Source of the DNA: Amoebidium appalachense
Taxonomy: Eukaryota; Protista; Ichthyosporea
Direction: 5' to 3'
Length of the DNA stretch: 64,000 nucleotides
Assembly (NCBI GenBank): GCA_963693365.1
Contig: CAVNZM010000011.1
Location: 5,971,921 to 6,035,920, forward strand
The notes under the pieces are model-generated. The model did no database searches. It was not told the origin of the DNA and saw nothing but the letters and a program-made list of their open reading frames with translations. Position numbers and translations under genes: made by a program. Of this stretch, positions 1-53,244 are shown in pieces (position 1 is the stretch's first letter; every line of letters begins with the position of its first letter).

Positions 1-72
1 CTTCCCTCCTTCCCTCCCTCCCCCCCCCCCCCCCCCCCCCCCTCCCCCCACTTCTTTCTCTCTCTCTCTCAG

Positions 73-12453
<12,381 letters not shown>

Positions 12454-13281
12454 ACAATATTTATGCACAAACAGCTCATTTATGACGATTGATTGCTTTC
12501 TTTTTACCCCCAATTAGTATTTTGCTTACGCAAGTTTACTCTAATGTGTCTTCTTCACTGCACGGCCCGAAGGGGGGAGGGGGGGGGGGGGGGGTTGATG
12601 CAGCTGGTCGTTTTCGTAGGTGTTACTCAAGTGGATGAATGTTTATATCTCTAGAAACATTAAATTCTACTTGTCTACCGTGAAATTCCGATCATGGTAT
12701 GCATAAGAATAGGTAGGTGAAGGTGGAAGTTTGTAGCATAGCGCAACTGCAGTGTGCAGTATGTACTTGTGTTGTTTGGCACTTTTATTCGTGCACATTA
12801 GATTGCATTAAAGTTTTAATGTAGGTTTTGTGTTCTAATATTAAAGTGGCCCAGGGTTCTTAATCGGTGGTCGTCCGGTTTGGCCTTAGTATAGCCGTAG
12901 TTTCCGATTGAGTGCCAATTGATCCATGTGATCGAGGGTCTTTTCTCGGCATTTTTCGGCAGTGCTTGACGTTTTCTTGGAGTTTGGATATATTTACCAA
13001 GATCTTGGCGCAATACTTAGTGTTCAGTAGATATTGAAGGCGTGAATGCATTTGAGATATATCTGTTTCTATAATGATTTCATTGTTTTATTCTCCTTAA
13101 CAAACTTGATTTCACGTATGGGTGTAATGGCCACATCCCAAGAAAATAAAAAATAAAGGCCGTCAAGTCAACCATACTCAGTGAAATTTAAGATATACAT
13201 TCATGTGCAAGATTCGTTGTGTTTTTAGCAGATTTTGGCAAATCTTTTGGTGGCCCCGGCGGGGACCCCCCTGCTGCAGAG

Positions 13282-13315
<34 letters not shown>

Positions 13316-13814
13316 CCAGCTTCTCCTCGAGCTCCCCCTCCCCCTCCCCACAGCCCCAAACAACGTTGACAACAAATGTACAAACACTTCTTTCAAACAA
13401 CACAAGGTACTCACATGCGCACCACACACACAAAAAGAGCAGCAAAACGGTGGGGGGCCGGGGGGAAGGGGGGGACTGTGGCTTCAGCCGCCATATGACC
13501 AAGTCTACTCTGGCGTCAAGGGTATGAGTTGGCGCCTGATCAAAACTCTTCGGAAGGAAAGTTTTGTCGGCCTTGAAAAATAAGAATTACCGTACTCCAA
13601 AGGTATCATAGGAGGACACATGATGTCTCATCAGATTGCTCGATCGGCGATTGCAAAAATAGTTTCACATCTGGAAATTTGACCGCGCAAACCCTCGAGG
13701 TATACGGGGCCTGGACGCAGCTGAAGTTTTGTTTCGCTTTTCTTTGTTTTTTTTGTGTTTTAGCTCATCGTGACTAGAGATCTCCCAGTATATACATAAG
13801 ATACGTTAGAAAAC

Positions 13815-14387
13815 ATGTCTCCCTTCTCTCACCTGCCAAAGAGGCTACTTCTTTGCCTCTTCTTCCTTGGAGCCATCACCCCATCTCTCTCCTTCTACCT
13901 CTTTACAGCAAACAACGCACAAGGGGAACCTGTCCCACTTATTCAATATAAAGGGAAGGTGGTTTTGGTGGTAAACGTGGCATCCTTCTGTGGGTTTACC
14001 TATCAATATGAAGCTTTAGAGAATCTCTACAGAGAATACAAGGATAAGGGGTTTGCCGTGCTTGGTTTTCCTTGTAACCAGTTCGGTGGGCAGGAACCAC
14101 ATGGCATGGACAAAATTCTATCATTCACCAAGGAGAAATACGACGTGACTTTCCCCATTTTCGAGAAGATCGACGTTAACGGAGTGAATGAACATCCGCT
14201 CTACACGTGGCTCAAGGAGCAGAAAACATCGTTTGGAATCCATTCCATCAAGTGGAATTTCGAGAAGTTTCTGATAGATAGGAACGGGAATGTGGTGGCA
14301 AGGTATGACTCTTACAGCAATGCCGATTCCATGGGACCTGAGGTCGACAGGTTGGTAAGAGAGGATGTAAGGAGGGTTGAGCTATGA
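13815..14387 (+). CDS. Cys-type glutathione peroxidase, intronless, with N-terminal signal-like segment and C-terminal RVEL
   Basis: GPx signatures GKVVLVVNVASFCGFT, LGFPCNQFGGQEP, FPIFEKIDVNG and IKWNFEKFLIDRNG; single 190-aa ORF. Confidence 0.96.
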   Translation: MSPFSHLPKRLLLCLFFLGAITPSLSFYLFTANNAQGEPVPLIQYKGKVVLVVNVASFCGFTYQYEALENLYREYKDKGFAVLGFPCNQFGGQEPHGMDKILSFTKEKYDVTFPIFEKIDVNGVNEHPLYTWLKEQKTSFGIHSIKWNFEKFLIDRNGNVVARYDSYSNADSMGPEVDRLVREDVRRVEL

Positions 14388-15366
14388 TGTGAGAGCATGA
14401 GGAGGTAACGAAGGGTGCGGGGAGTTGGGAGAGAGTGTGCGCACATGTGGGGCAGCGGGAAGGTCCAAGGTTATGGGTATGGCTTCAGTTGCGGGGCTCA
14501 TGGCCTACACGATTGTACCTTAAAAAAACTCGGTGAAATGAACTATAGCTATCAACAAAGCCAACGCTATAGACTGTATGACTGAAAACCTGCCACGCAC
14601 TGAATTCTGTTATGAATGAGAGTAGCTATTATAGTAATAATCCTAGAAAGTGTCTAACGGCTGGCCGGGCACTCCAAGAATGAAGGTTCAAACCCTATGT
14701 GGTAGTTTCTACGCTTGCAATATGCAACCCTCCCCCCCCCCCCCCCCCCCTGCGTGGGGTCAACCCCGGGGTCTGGGCCATGCACACGCACATGCAGCTC
14801 ACAAACCTTTTTACTTCGTGAGAAAAGAATGTCTTGTTCAATCTCTCTTGCAGGCTGTTGTTTGTCGCCAGGTTCAGCATTAAGCCGCCTTCGCCAACCC
14901 GATTCAATCTTGTCTTCCTCCGCCCCTCCCCCCTCCCCTCCCCTCCCCCCCCCCCCCCCCCCCCCCGTGTCCCCTGGCGGCCCCGCCCTCAATCCCCCCA
15001 CTCTCCCCTCCTCTCCCGGCTCCTCTCCCACCTCCCGCCCCCCCTACGCCCATCCCCCGCCACACACACCCACACACCCACACCCCACCCACACCCACAC
15101 ACCCACACACACCACCACCATCACTACCGGTACTACCACTGCAGACACACAACCTCTCACGGCCCTCTCCCTCACACCACCCTAACTCAGCCACACCCGT
15201 TCTCTCGTTCTCACTCCCTGACTCTAGACCCCCCCCCCCCCCCACACACACACACACCCACACACACACACTGCCCTCCTTCTTCCTCCCTCCCCCCCCC
15301 CCCCCCGGCCCAATTTTTTTAATTTTTTTTTTTAAAAAAAAAAAAGAAAAGAAAAGAAAAAGGGCG

Positions 15367-15432
<66 letters not shown>

Positions 15433-16134
15433 ACCACCACCACCACTACGACTACCACCACAGACACATGAATTTTTAGCAGAATGGAACACCTCCCCTG
15501 AGTTTCTTCCTCACCTAAGGATTGATAACGTACACGTCATCTCGTTCTTGCTCCACAACTCTGCATCCTCTCCCCCCTCCCCCCCCCCCCCCCCCTCCCC
15601 TCCCCCCCCCCCCCCCCCCCCCACACACACACACATGCACACACCCCCACCCCCATCTCACCCTCCCACCTCCATCCTCCCTCCCCTCCCTCCCCCCGGC
15701 CCCGTTTTTGCATGCGTATTTTTAGAAAGTCGTCAGTTTCACCTGGAGGTATAACTGGATGGTTTTCTTACATCGAAGACAGAGACTCCAATTCCTAAAC
15801 ATTGTCAAACACCCGAACTTTGAACCGTTACCGGTTTTGTCTGTAAATGTATTTTTTATATATCTGCTCTCTTGTTTCAGTTATTCATTACCTTACTTAT
15901 TCATTGGGAGGGAGAGGGGGGGGGGGGGGGGGAGAGGGGGGGAGGGGGGGGGAGTGGCCTTATAGTATTCTCCTGCCGCTTGAAGTCTCAGACCGAAACC
16001 TTCCCCCCAACAGCACAGTTTTGGTACTCACAGCCCAACGAACATAAGCCATGTGAGTGCGGCATATGAATATTCATTATATTTATGTTTTTCGTATTTA
16101 TGGTTTAATTATATTGTTGTGCAGAGTAGCAAGC

Positions 16135-16340
16135 CTGATTGTTCAGCCTTAAAGTTGGGCACATTGTAATAGTTAAATTCTGGGCAAAGCGTGTGCAAAT
16201 AGTTAGGATTGTTTAAAGGTGTGTTGGCTTAGCTAATAACACCGTAGCACCCTAGCAGGAGTACTGTCGGTGCTGGGTGGAAGACGGTAGTTCCCCCTGA
16301 GGGCCCAAGGGGGTCCCTAGGCCTCCGGGAACAAAACGGG

Positions 16341-16377
<37 letters not shown>
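16135..16377 (+). mobile_element. Retroposon (SINE or LINE) 3' end with poly-A tail, copy 1
   Basis: Colinear with 31329-31524 (ctgggcaaag, tagttaggattgt, gcttagct, gtactgtcggtgctg, agacgg, gagggcc, cgggaacaaaacg) and ends in an A-run of about 34 nt. Confidence 0.75.
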
Positions 16378-16381
<4 letters not shown>

Positions 16382-16470
16382 TAATTAAATTACTAGGACT
16401 GAAGGGGGGGGGGGGGGGGGGGGGAGGGGGGGGCCTGCAATGTACCAATAAAAAAATGTACACACTGGGA

Positions 16471-16507
<37 letters not shown>

Positions 16508-17604
16508 GACATGTACGTGCATCATACGGTACACACGAATCTCCACAATTTTCACAACTCTGCCGACTACATAGTCGCCGTCATTCAGTTTGGGGGCACC
16601 GTGAGCCATGGCCACGGAAGGTTGGGCAGGTATGTGTGCGGGGTGCTTATAGGTGAGATGTGTCGAAGTCTCTGTGTGTAGGAGTATGTGTTGGTGTTGG
16701 TTTTTTCCTTTTTAAACTTTTCTTTTCTTTCTTTCTTTCTTTCTTTTTTTTTTTAGGGGGGGGAGGGGGATAGGGGTGGGTGGGTGGGTAAAGGGGGGGA
16801 GGGGAGGGGGGAGGGAGGGGGAGGGGGGACTGCTTTGTGTTTTTGATCGTGCAAACCGTGATGATGGTACCAGTGAAAATAGACTTTACTCGTGTTCAAC
16901 ATTTTAGTTACTTGTATTTTTTGATTTATTCACTCACATGCATGCCACGCAGTGGTCCCAACGCGCACACTCTATACAATAGAGTTGGTGGGTACCATAT
17001 AAAACTTTTTGTTTTTAAATTTCCTCACCTGACTATAAAATTACACCCTCCACTTCCCTACTTTTCGCCCAATACACATATTCAGCAAACCCTCTACTTG
17101 ACAAGTGTGTATGCACGCACACTTTGTCATGCACACCGTTGACAATGACATAAATTCCATCACACATCAGTGAATGAGATCAACACATTTCCCTAACATT
17201 GGATCCATAGCTGAAATCACCATATATAGTGGCTAAGAAACGTAAGGCGTAAGTCGTAAATGGTGTGAAGCATTCGAGTACTGATTGAGTATGGTGTGTC
17301 ATTCATACGAGAACGGGTTTGTATGTATGCTCATGCTGGAAAATTTCGATGTATAACTAAGTGGATGCATCAGTTTCACGCCTTATCAACGTTCACCAAC
17401 GAACAAAACGAAACCTTCAAATGAAAGACTCACGGAGCACTAGCTGATTGGTCCATATCATGTTGTGTAGTATTTAGTTCACTACCCCAACCCTATTCTG
17501 GTCATTCGAAAATCATACAAAATTCTTTAATATTCGCCAACAACCCCGAGAAATCAAAAAAGGTGAGAATTTCGATTGATAGTTTCGAACGTTTCATCGA
17601 ACTT

Positions 17605-18049
17605 TTACGCATCGCGGCCTTCAGAAGCACCCTTTTTCTCAGGAAGGGGGCGAACCGCCTTCTCGACTTCCACATTAGGCAATTCCATAATAGGCGACTT
17701 GGTGGTAGGGTCGTACAGAAGCGCGTAAGGGGGAGGGGACAGCATAGACGCCCTCCTGACGGCACTCATTCTTCTCTGCTGCGCCGCCAAATCGACCAAC
17801 ATGGACTCTTCTAGAATCTCAGATTCCGCCCCCTCCAATCCCTCCTCCTCATTGGTGGATCCTTTTGATCCTTTTCCCACCGATGACGACATGACGGGAA
17901 CGGCGACGTATTCGTGCGTGCGGGTGCGTGATTTGGATCCAATTAGAGCGTGGAGGACGGTACCGATTAGGATGAGGATCAGCGCGCCGACCAGGCAGAT
18001 CTCGACGATCGATGGGTGGAGGTAGCCCTGGGCAAACGACACGGTTTGG

Positions 18050-18126
<77 letters not shown>

Positions 18127-19330
18127 GGGGTGGTGCAGAACCACGGGGACGGAGGATATGCGAGGAGGGGGGGGAGAGGGAAAGGGGTGCAGTGTTGGTG
18201 TGGTTGGGGTTTAGTCAACTTCCATTACTGTACATATACGAAGCAATGCCCCCCCCCCCCCCCCCCCCCCCCCAACAAAACCACAAACACACACCCACTC
18301 CCCCATTTCAACTCCTCTGGCACAAATACATGTGTGGCACACACAATTCTTTCGAGTTCTCTTCCTCTCATTTACAAACAACAAAAAACACAAACCCCAT
18401 GATACACACACACACACACACACACACACAGGAGTGACGAGGACAGACGAAGAGGTTGCAGACATTGGCGAGACGAAAAGTGCATATTAGAAAAGATACT
18501 AAGGCACCATTTAACAGCTTTAAAACAAAAACTTACCATAATGTCAGTCCAGGACACATTTTCCTCCTCCCCGACATCTTCACCATCAGCCAGACTGTCT
18601 CCCTCATAGGGGGGCAGATCCTCCTCAAGACCCACAACCTCCCATTCGTCCCCCTGTTTTCCAGTATTTTCTACTGGAATTTCGCGATTTTCGGTGATAT
18701 CCGAAAACTGACTGGGTTCATCTACCGAATTTTCGGGATTTCCGGTGATATCCGAAACCTGAACGGGTTCGTCAATCTGGGGCTCGATGGGTGCATCGGC
18801 GGGAGTTACATTTTCCGTAGCATTTTTACCGTAAATTGATTCGGTAGCGATGACGTTTGTTTCCGCAGAAGTTACCGTGTTTGCCGTTTCGATCAATACG
18901 GTTTCGGGCTCTTCGATAGAATTAGGGGTCTCTGGATCGGAAACAGGGACGGGGTTGGCATGTTGCGTTTTGTGCGATTTGTGGTTGTGATTGTGGTGGT
19001 TGATCGCATTTTGGGTGATTGAAATTTCGATTTCGGCTACGCTGTCGACGTAGGTTTGCAGGCCCTTGGCCGTGAGTGGGCCCTGGTACCGTCCCTGGTA
19101 TTTGCCCTCCCTGCAGAGATCACAAAAATATAATCAGACAGTGTGGGATGCAGGGGACGGGGTTTGTTGGTGATGCAAATCACCTGCAGTAGTCCAAACT
19201 GATGCTTTATCCACCCCACAGACCATACACTAGTCTTCGGATGTGAACAGGAATCACAAACACATTTACTGAATTTAAATTTCTCACACCCCCCTTCTGC
19301 TGCCCAAGGCCCTCTCATCCAAATCCCCCC

Positions 19331-19369
<39 letters not shown>

Positions 19370-21039
19370 CGCAGGCTTTTCAAAGCTTACCCACCCATGA
19401 GCACCGGTCACCCACCCACCCACCCACCACTATCACATATACTACTCCACAGGGGAAGGTGTGTGAAGGCGGTGGCTGGGAGGGAAGAAGGGAGAGCGGT
19501 GGAGGGAGGGGGGGGGGGGGGGGGGGGGGGGTCACGCGGGGGTCCCAGGGGGTGGGGGTGGGGGTGGGGCGGGTGGGGGGTGCGGGTGGGGGGGGGGGGG
19601 GGGGGGGGGGGGGGGAGAAGACGAGAGGGGGAGGAGGGCGGGCGGACGGGGGGAGGGGGGAGGGAGGATGGCGGCTACTTACGCAAACAGAGCAAGGGTG
19701 GGGAACTGCTTGATACCGGCATCTTTGCACAGCTGCTTGTGTGCGGCACAGTTGACCTGCGGCAAAGTATGAAGCAGTCAGCAACTTATAAATGATCTAC
19801 AACTATTACGTATGCCTGCGAAGACCAAAGTTTCTGCTCATTGCCAACCCAGCATAAAAGCCCAATTTTCGTGCGCTGTAAGTCATTTTCACCTTCCAAA
19901 TACTCCTTTCAGCTGTAGCCTGCAAATCTCCCAGAATCCCCTAGGAACCTCCCACCCTTCCTCCCTCCCTCCCCCCCCCCCCCCCCCCCCCACATACACA
20001 CACACCACCACCACCGCCTCCTCTCATTGCCTTACTTATTTCCCCCATTCCTTCCGTTAGAATCTTACAACATGTGGAACAAAGGGGGCAGATGACAGGC
20101 TTATAATTAAAAAAGTAAAAAAAGAAGGAAAAGACGTTTTCTCACCTGTCCCAGTGTGACGATGGATCGTCCATCAAACCTCTTCACGTGAGTGTGTGCC
20201 ACCTTATTCATCGTCTTTCGCACATTGTTCGTAAAAGCGCAATAGTCCGGTGCATGCGGGTTGTTTGCGCCCCCAACACACACGGCGAGCGGCGCGTAGA
20301 AATCGACTACAACATATTTGTTTTCCTTAACAAATCGCACGAGTTCGAGGTCAGTTGTGATTTCAGCAGAGAGGCAGTCTGGTCCCACACATGGTTCTGA
20401 CTCGGGTTGGAGCTCACGGTAGGCCTGTGCCACTAGACCGTTTCCGTGTGTGCGTGGGTCGAATGTTGTGTCGTGATGCTTGCTGTGGGGTAGAAATAGT
20501 TTTTTCGTCAGCAATTTGCAGGTGTCTATACTCAACAAGTCACAAGTCTCCAGGAAAAACTGGCTTATTTGGGTAGCTTTCATGCAAGTGTCGATACTCA
20601 ATATCACGCATGGTAGTGGGACAGCGAGGGCTTTCTAACGACTGTATAAATGTATGCACACAGTAATCTTTATGAAATGAGAAGACAGGAGGCGGGAAGA
20701 CTGGGGAATAAAGGATTGCGAGCATGAAGGCTTCCGTATCTTCTACTCGTTGTGCACAGGTTACCGTTTATGATCGCCTGTGGGTTTGGGTACTACACGA
20801 ATACCGGGCGTGTGGGAGACAAAATCTTTTGAAACCGATTGTGACGCAGTGCATGCAAAGTTCTTACCACTACCAGACACATACACACCACCACAAATGA
20901 ATTGCTAGGTGGCCGCCGCACACAATTTATTTCATTGCTCGAAAACTTTCAGAGCGCCTATACATGCAAATTGTACGTACCGGGCGGCAGCGGCGGCCAG
21001 CAAGGCGCCTGCGAGGGTGAGGGACCGCGCAACATGCAT
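17605..21039 (-). CDS. Type-I membrane protein with thioredoxin/PDI-like domain (TMX-like); exons 21039-20981, 20482-20146, 19756-19683, 19110-18537, 18027-17605
   Basis: Signal peptide MHVARSLTLAGALLAAAAA; Trx-fold motifs YVVVDFYAP, GQVNCAAHKQLCKDAGIKQFPTL and YQGPLTAKGL; acidic stalk; TM helix IVEICLVGALILILIGTVLHALI; intron phases consistent. Confidence 0.85.
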
Positions 21040-22200
21040 GGCCAAGTGTTTTTTTTTGGGGTGTTGTTGGGGTGAGGAGAAATGACTGTGGGGATGTGAT
21101 CTTGTGCGCGCTTTTAAACCCCGTCATCTGAGCTGTTCAGTGTTGTTGTTGCCATATATGGCTTCATCTGAAGAGGGTAAAAGCCATCTTACATTCCTGG
21201 TTCCAGCTGCATGCCGTTTTCACTCGATGCCTGCAGAATGAATTTATAAAGCTTGCAATCATAAATAAACTCTACCTAAAGCAATAAATTCTATTATAAG
21301 GCTATAGTACGTAGGATCATAAGAAATATTGAGCGCAACCCGAGGCTGAGAGGCTCATGATGAGCCGACAGCCGCTGGTGGCCCGGTGAACCCCCGCACG
21401 GCGCACGCATGTAAATATCTGCATTCCACTTGGCTTTATCCACAACCTTATATCCAATCAGCGTATTACTCAAAGTCCATATATGGTTCATGGCTCATTC
21501 ACCATCCAATCATAGCGCAAGAAACTTGACACCATTGCATTTATTTTTGATCTGGGACACCTGGGGCGCAGATCTGGGTGTCTGTTCGTCGGGACTCCAA
21601 GGCTCGGGGTCGACCGTCGGACGCCTCGCGCGTAGAGAGACGGGAGAGAGATGTGTTTGAGTGTATGCACGTGCATCGCACATCTATGTGCATGCCCGTC
21701 TTGTACAAGCACTACACACGCATTAATACTTGATGCATGCTTCAGGACACCGTGACTCGCGTGCTACTAGATGTGCGTGCGGACACCGTGATCACTCGAT
21801 CGGCGGCAATGCCCTTGCTCATAATAATGCCTCATATAATTAACGACGGAAAAATGCCCCGGCTGTGTATTCATATGTGTACTAGATTTGCGATGTTTCT
21901 GTATCGTGTGGGTGTTTGTGTGTGTGTGTGCTTATGCGTGTGTGTGTGCGTGTTGGAAGCCTTGAGGGGGGAGGGGAGGGTTCCGGGGGGAGGGGGGGGG
22001 CGGGGAAGCCCGATAGGGGGGGGAGGAAGCCCGAGTGGGGGGGGGAGGGGGAGCGGGGGCCTAGTAGTTTTGCGTTGTTTCTGTGTGTCACGGTGAGTGG
22101 GTGAGGGCGAGTGAGCAAATGAGTATCCGTAAGTGAGTGAGTGAGTGAGTGAGTGAGTGAGTGAGTGAGTGACTAAGTGAGCGAGAATCGATGTGTGTGA

Positions 22201-22248
<48 letters not shown>

Positions 22249-22273
22249 ACATGTACGTGTGTGTGTATGCGTC

Positions 22274-22341
<68 letters not shown>

Positions 22342-22871
22342 GGGGCGTGGGGGGCCATTAGGGGCATCTCTGACACATGTACAGCCATGGAAACAGATTG
22401 AGCTGGTGGATTAAAACAAAAAATTCGTACATGTTTGGAAAAGTGATGCAGCATACAGTAGTATTAATACAATGTGAACAGTGACACGACGAAACCACGA
22501 CTTAAAATTTTGTTGTGCCGGTTGTACACCGGTCCGGATTTACATACACAATGTAAACAATAGTTTGCTGACAGCTCTTCATGTTGTGCTTTTCGAAACC
22601 AACTAATAAAAGGTCATTCAAAACCAATCTTATGGATTTCATATCATGGTACACACTCCTTGCTCTATCAAAAAGGCCCGTAACTACAAAAAAATTCCCG
22701 TATTCATCTATCATCAAATTAGCCTGTTTAAATCTAGGTTTCAGAAAGAATATGCATACACAGTGCACATATGATTAATCATACTTTAGATTAGCCTTTT
22801 TTTGGGTTCCCAAAGAAAACGTTCGTACATGCACAGTGGAAATGTCAAATCCCATCGGTGATCAAGGCGCA

Positions 22872-40427
<17,556 letters not shown>

Positions 40428-41108
40428 CTTGACACATCAATTGAAACTCTACTTTTTTATATCTTTGGCCTTAGATTATGACTGGTATGTCTTGGATTTT
40501 TCACAGCCGTGTACGCGCCGTGAAAGTCTTCCTACAGTGTTTCAAGATCAAAGGGGAAAAAATGCTTCTTATGCACGTGTGCCTTCGAAGATCTCTACCG
40601 CGTCGAATAGGTCAGTGCATGATGTGCATCCTACATCTGGCCAAAAAGCAGACTGTGACGAATTTTTAAATTGATTCAAACACAAAAAAATTGAAGTATG
40701 GATAGAAGTGTCAGATCTTGTACATGTTTGAATTGAAAGGTTCCTTATGTTTGTGTGCTTCTATATGTTTGTATGCGCATGCGCACGCGACCGCTCTCTC
40801 GAAGCTACTCTTATCTCTCCTCTCTAACATTAGACGCCTTAGCTGGACACCTTCCGTTTTTTGTTGCCTTAGCACAATTGCAAAAAACGGAACCCGGTGT
40901 AGGGTGATAAGTGAAAGCTCACAGATTGGATAAAACCGCATCAGCTCTAGGGAGAATGTGAGCAGTTACGTAATCCGTTTTAAATTTCTCTTGTTTTTTC
41001 TTCAACAGAGAAAAACTGCTCGACATGTACATACACGGAAACAATTCTGCATTTGGTGTACTCTGTTAATCTTTAATGCAAATAATTTGTGTTGTTGCCA
41101 CAGGGACC

Positions 41109-41153
<45 letters not shown>

Positions 41154-41196
41154 ACACACACCAACACCACCACCACCACCACCACCACCACCACCA

Positions 41197-41248
<52 letters not shown>

Positions 41249-41694
41249 ACACACACCACCACCACCACCACCACCACCACCACCACAACCCAAATCCCCT
41301 CCCTACACATTGCACACACACTGTACACGTCACTAATATAGTCATAGAAGGACATAAGCAAGCACACCGGTGCCATGCACACCTGCGCAGTGTACATGCG
41401 TGCCGCAAAAACACCGACACACAGCACGTATGGAAAACACACACTTGTACGTGTAGCACACGCACTTCTGTCAAAACAACCTGTATCATTTGAACCAAGC
41501 TTTTCTTGAAAAGGATTAGTATGGGTATCCGTACAAACTTTATTGTTTCGTTTCGTGCATGTCGAATTCGAGCCGCATTCATTCATACTAACCTACTAAC
41601 TGTGTTGGCTTCACGTCCCTTGTGATAATCACATGACCCAGCCTCTCTCTCTCTCTCTCCCTCCCCCCCCCCCCCCCCCCCCTCCCCCTCTCTC

Positions 41695-41728
<34 letters not shown>

Positions 41729-41952
41729 GAAGAAAAGAAAGAAAGCAAGAAAAGAAAACAGAAAGACAGGGGGGAAGGGAAAAAAAGAGGGAAAACCTCA
41801 CTACCATTGACTCACAGGAAAAAAACTGAACTAAATTCCTCACAATCCCACTGCCGCACTGACCATAGAGTCTGTGAGAAATTCTGGAAATGATTCATAA
41901 AAACTCTTGCAACTTTCGCGTGCCTATGCTTAGAATAAATGGAGCTCTAGCG

Positions 41953-51638
<9,686 letters not shown>

Positions 51639-53244
51639 TGGATCTTGATTTCAGGGAAATATGACGCCACAAAGGTGTTGAATGAAGGAGAGCTTTAGGG
51701 AGAACTAGACGGGATTCGGATATAAGTAGGCCTCTGTGTCGCAACTTCAGCTTACTTTCGTGTTGTGGCAGCCACGGCCAAAAAAATATTAGCAAGAGTG
51801 ATAAAAAGGAAGGAAGGGTCAAGCAGCCTTGTGTAGGCAAGGACGCTTGGTCATCAGAAGCATTGGATCACGGACGGAGGAAGAATCTCCTGCAATGGCT
51901 CCATTAATCCAACCTCTCTATAAATGCGAGTTGTGATGTTATCAGTGCGTTAACGCAAGTGTTATCCCCTCGTCCCATAAACAATTTGGGACTCCAAACT
52001 TTCTTTGAGGAAGCCCATAGAAGTTGTGTTCAGTTGAGAGATTGATATCTTACTTTACACGTTTATAGATCTGTAACGAAAGCACATGAGCAGAATAATT
52101 AGGATCACTGGCTGTGGTTTCGGGCCCGGACTCGGCACAGACGCGGTGAATAACTTGAACACTGTAGCTGTTCAGTCTGTGTAATCAATTCACGGTCTCC
52201 TCTTCTTTCAAATTATATTTTTTTGCGCGCCTTTTTTTGATTTGACCAATAAATAGCCTAAATAAGGTTTTACCTTAATAATTACCTAGCGTCATAATTG
52301 GTAGCCAATCATAGCATCTACGGCCGTCAAGCCGAGCTACTGTCAATTCTATATAAATGCATGGGTTGTTGATGTGAAATATTAAACAGATAGGGGAGAA
52401 GCTATTAGAGAGAATCGTCAGGTTCTTTTGTATTTTAGTTCCTTTTGGACATGACGCTTTTAACCGTATGTCGACCAATGGTCACTATGAACGGCTAGAA
52501 GTGGTCACACCTTGGATCTTTTTGCTCTTTTCCAAAGATCGCAGGATAGCCAATAAGAAGGGGCCCAAATTTTCCAAACTTTCAAAGAATTTCTTGAATC
52601 TGGAGGGTTACTGGGTTACTGACACACTGGTTACGGTATGCGAAATGAATCTCGTATGTTACTGTCTGTTTGTATTTGCAATGAGTGACTTCAAATGTCA
52701 TTTATAAACGCCTGGCTGTCTATAAGCATTCTCAACCTTTTTCCAGGGTTTTTGGTATGTAACGTGCCTCTGGCTGCGTCATGCTTTTGATCTCATTTCT
52801 TTTGTAGGACGAGATTGCGGCGGTAATTTTTGTGCATGACAATTAGCTAATGATAAATCTCGATCTGAAAGGGCGGCAAATTTTTTGATTCTTGTGAGTG
52901 AGCCACACCCACACCCTGTAGTCTTCAAACTCAGACAGCGTGCGCATGCATCATGCGGCAGTGTGGGTGAAAATAAACAGCGCATAATTCCCAAGCAAGC
53001 CATCATCATTCAAGGGGGGAAGCTGAAAGTGATTAATAGTCTGATGCACTGCTCTATAAAAACGACAGTAATGAAGTTGGTGTGCTTAGAATCTGTGTGG
53101 GTGTAGCCAGGTGTTTTGTAGTCACTTGCAGGCACAAAGTGCCGGAGCGTTGTTCTCGTTTATAGTACCCAAATAGTTAGTCCCCACATCCATGTTTCTA
53201 TCTATATCCCACACGTTCACTTTTATGCCTTACACTTCTCAGCT

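Noticed and set aside
14388-14640. SECIS element after GPx
   Set aside because: The catalytic codon is TGT (Cys) and there is no in-frame TGA.
16520-16630. Exon-like segment (DGDYVVGRVVKI on minus, or YIVAVIQFGG on plus)
   Set aside because: No consistent splice sites or neighbouring exons could be assembled.
52704-53118. Possible old MITE (aaacgcctggct / agccaggtgttt)
   Set aside because: The inverted match is only about 12 nt and no clear target duplication is present.
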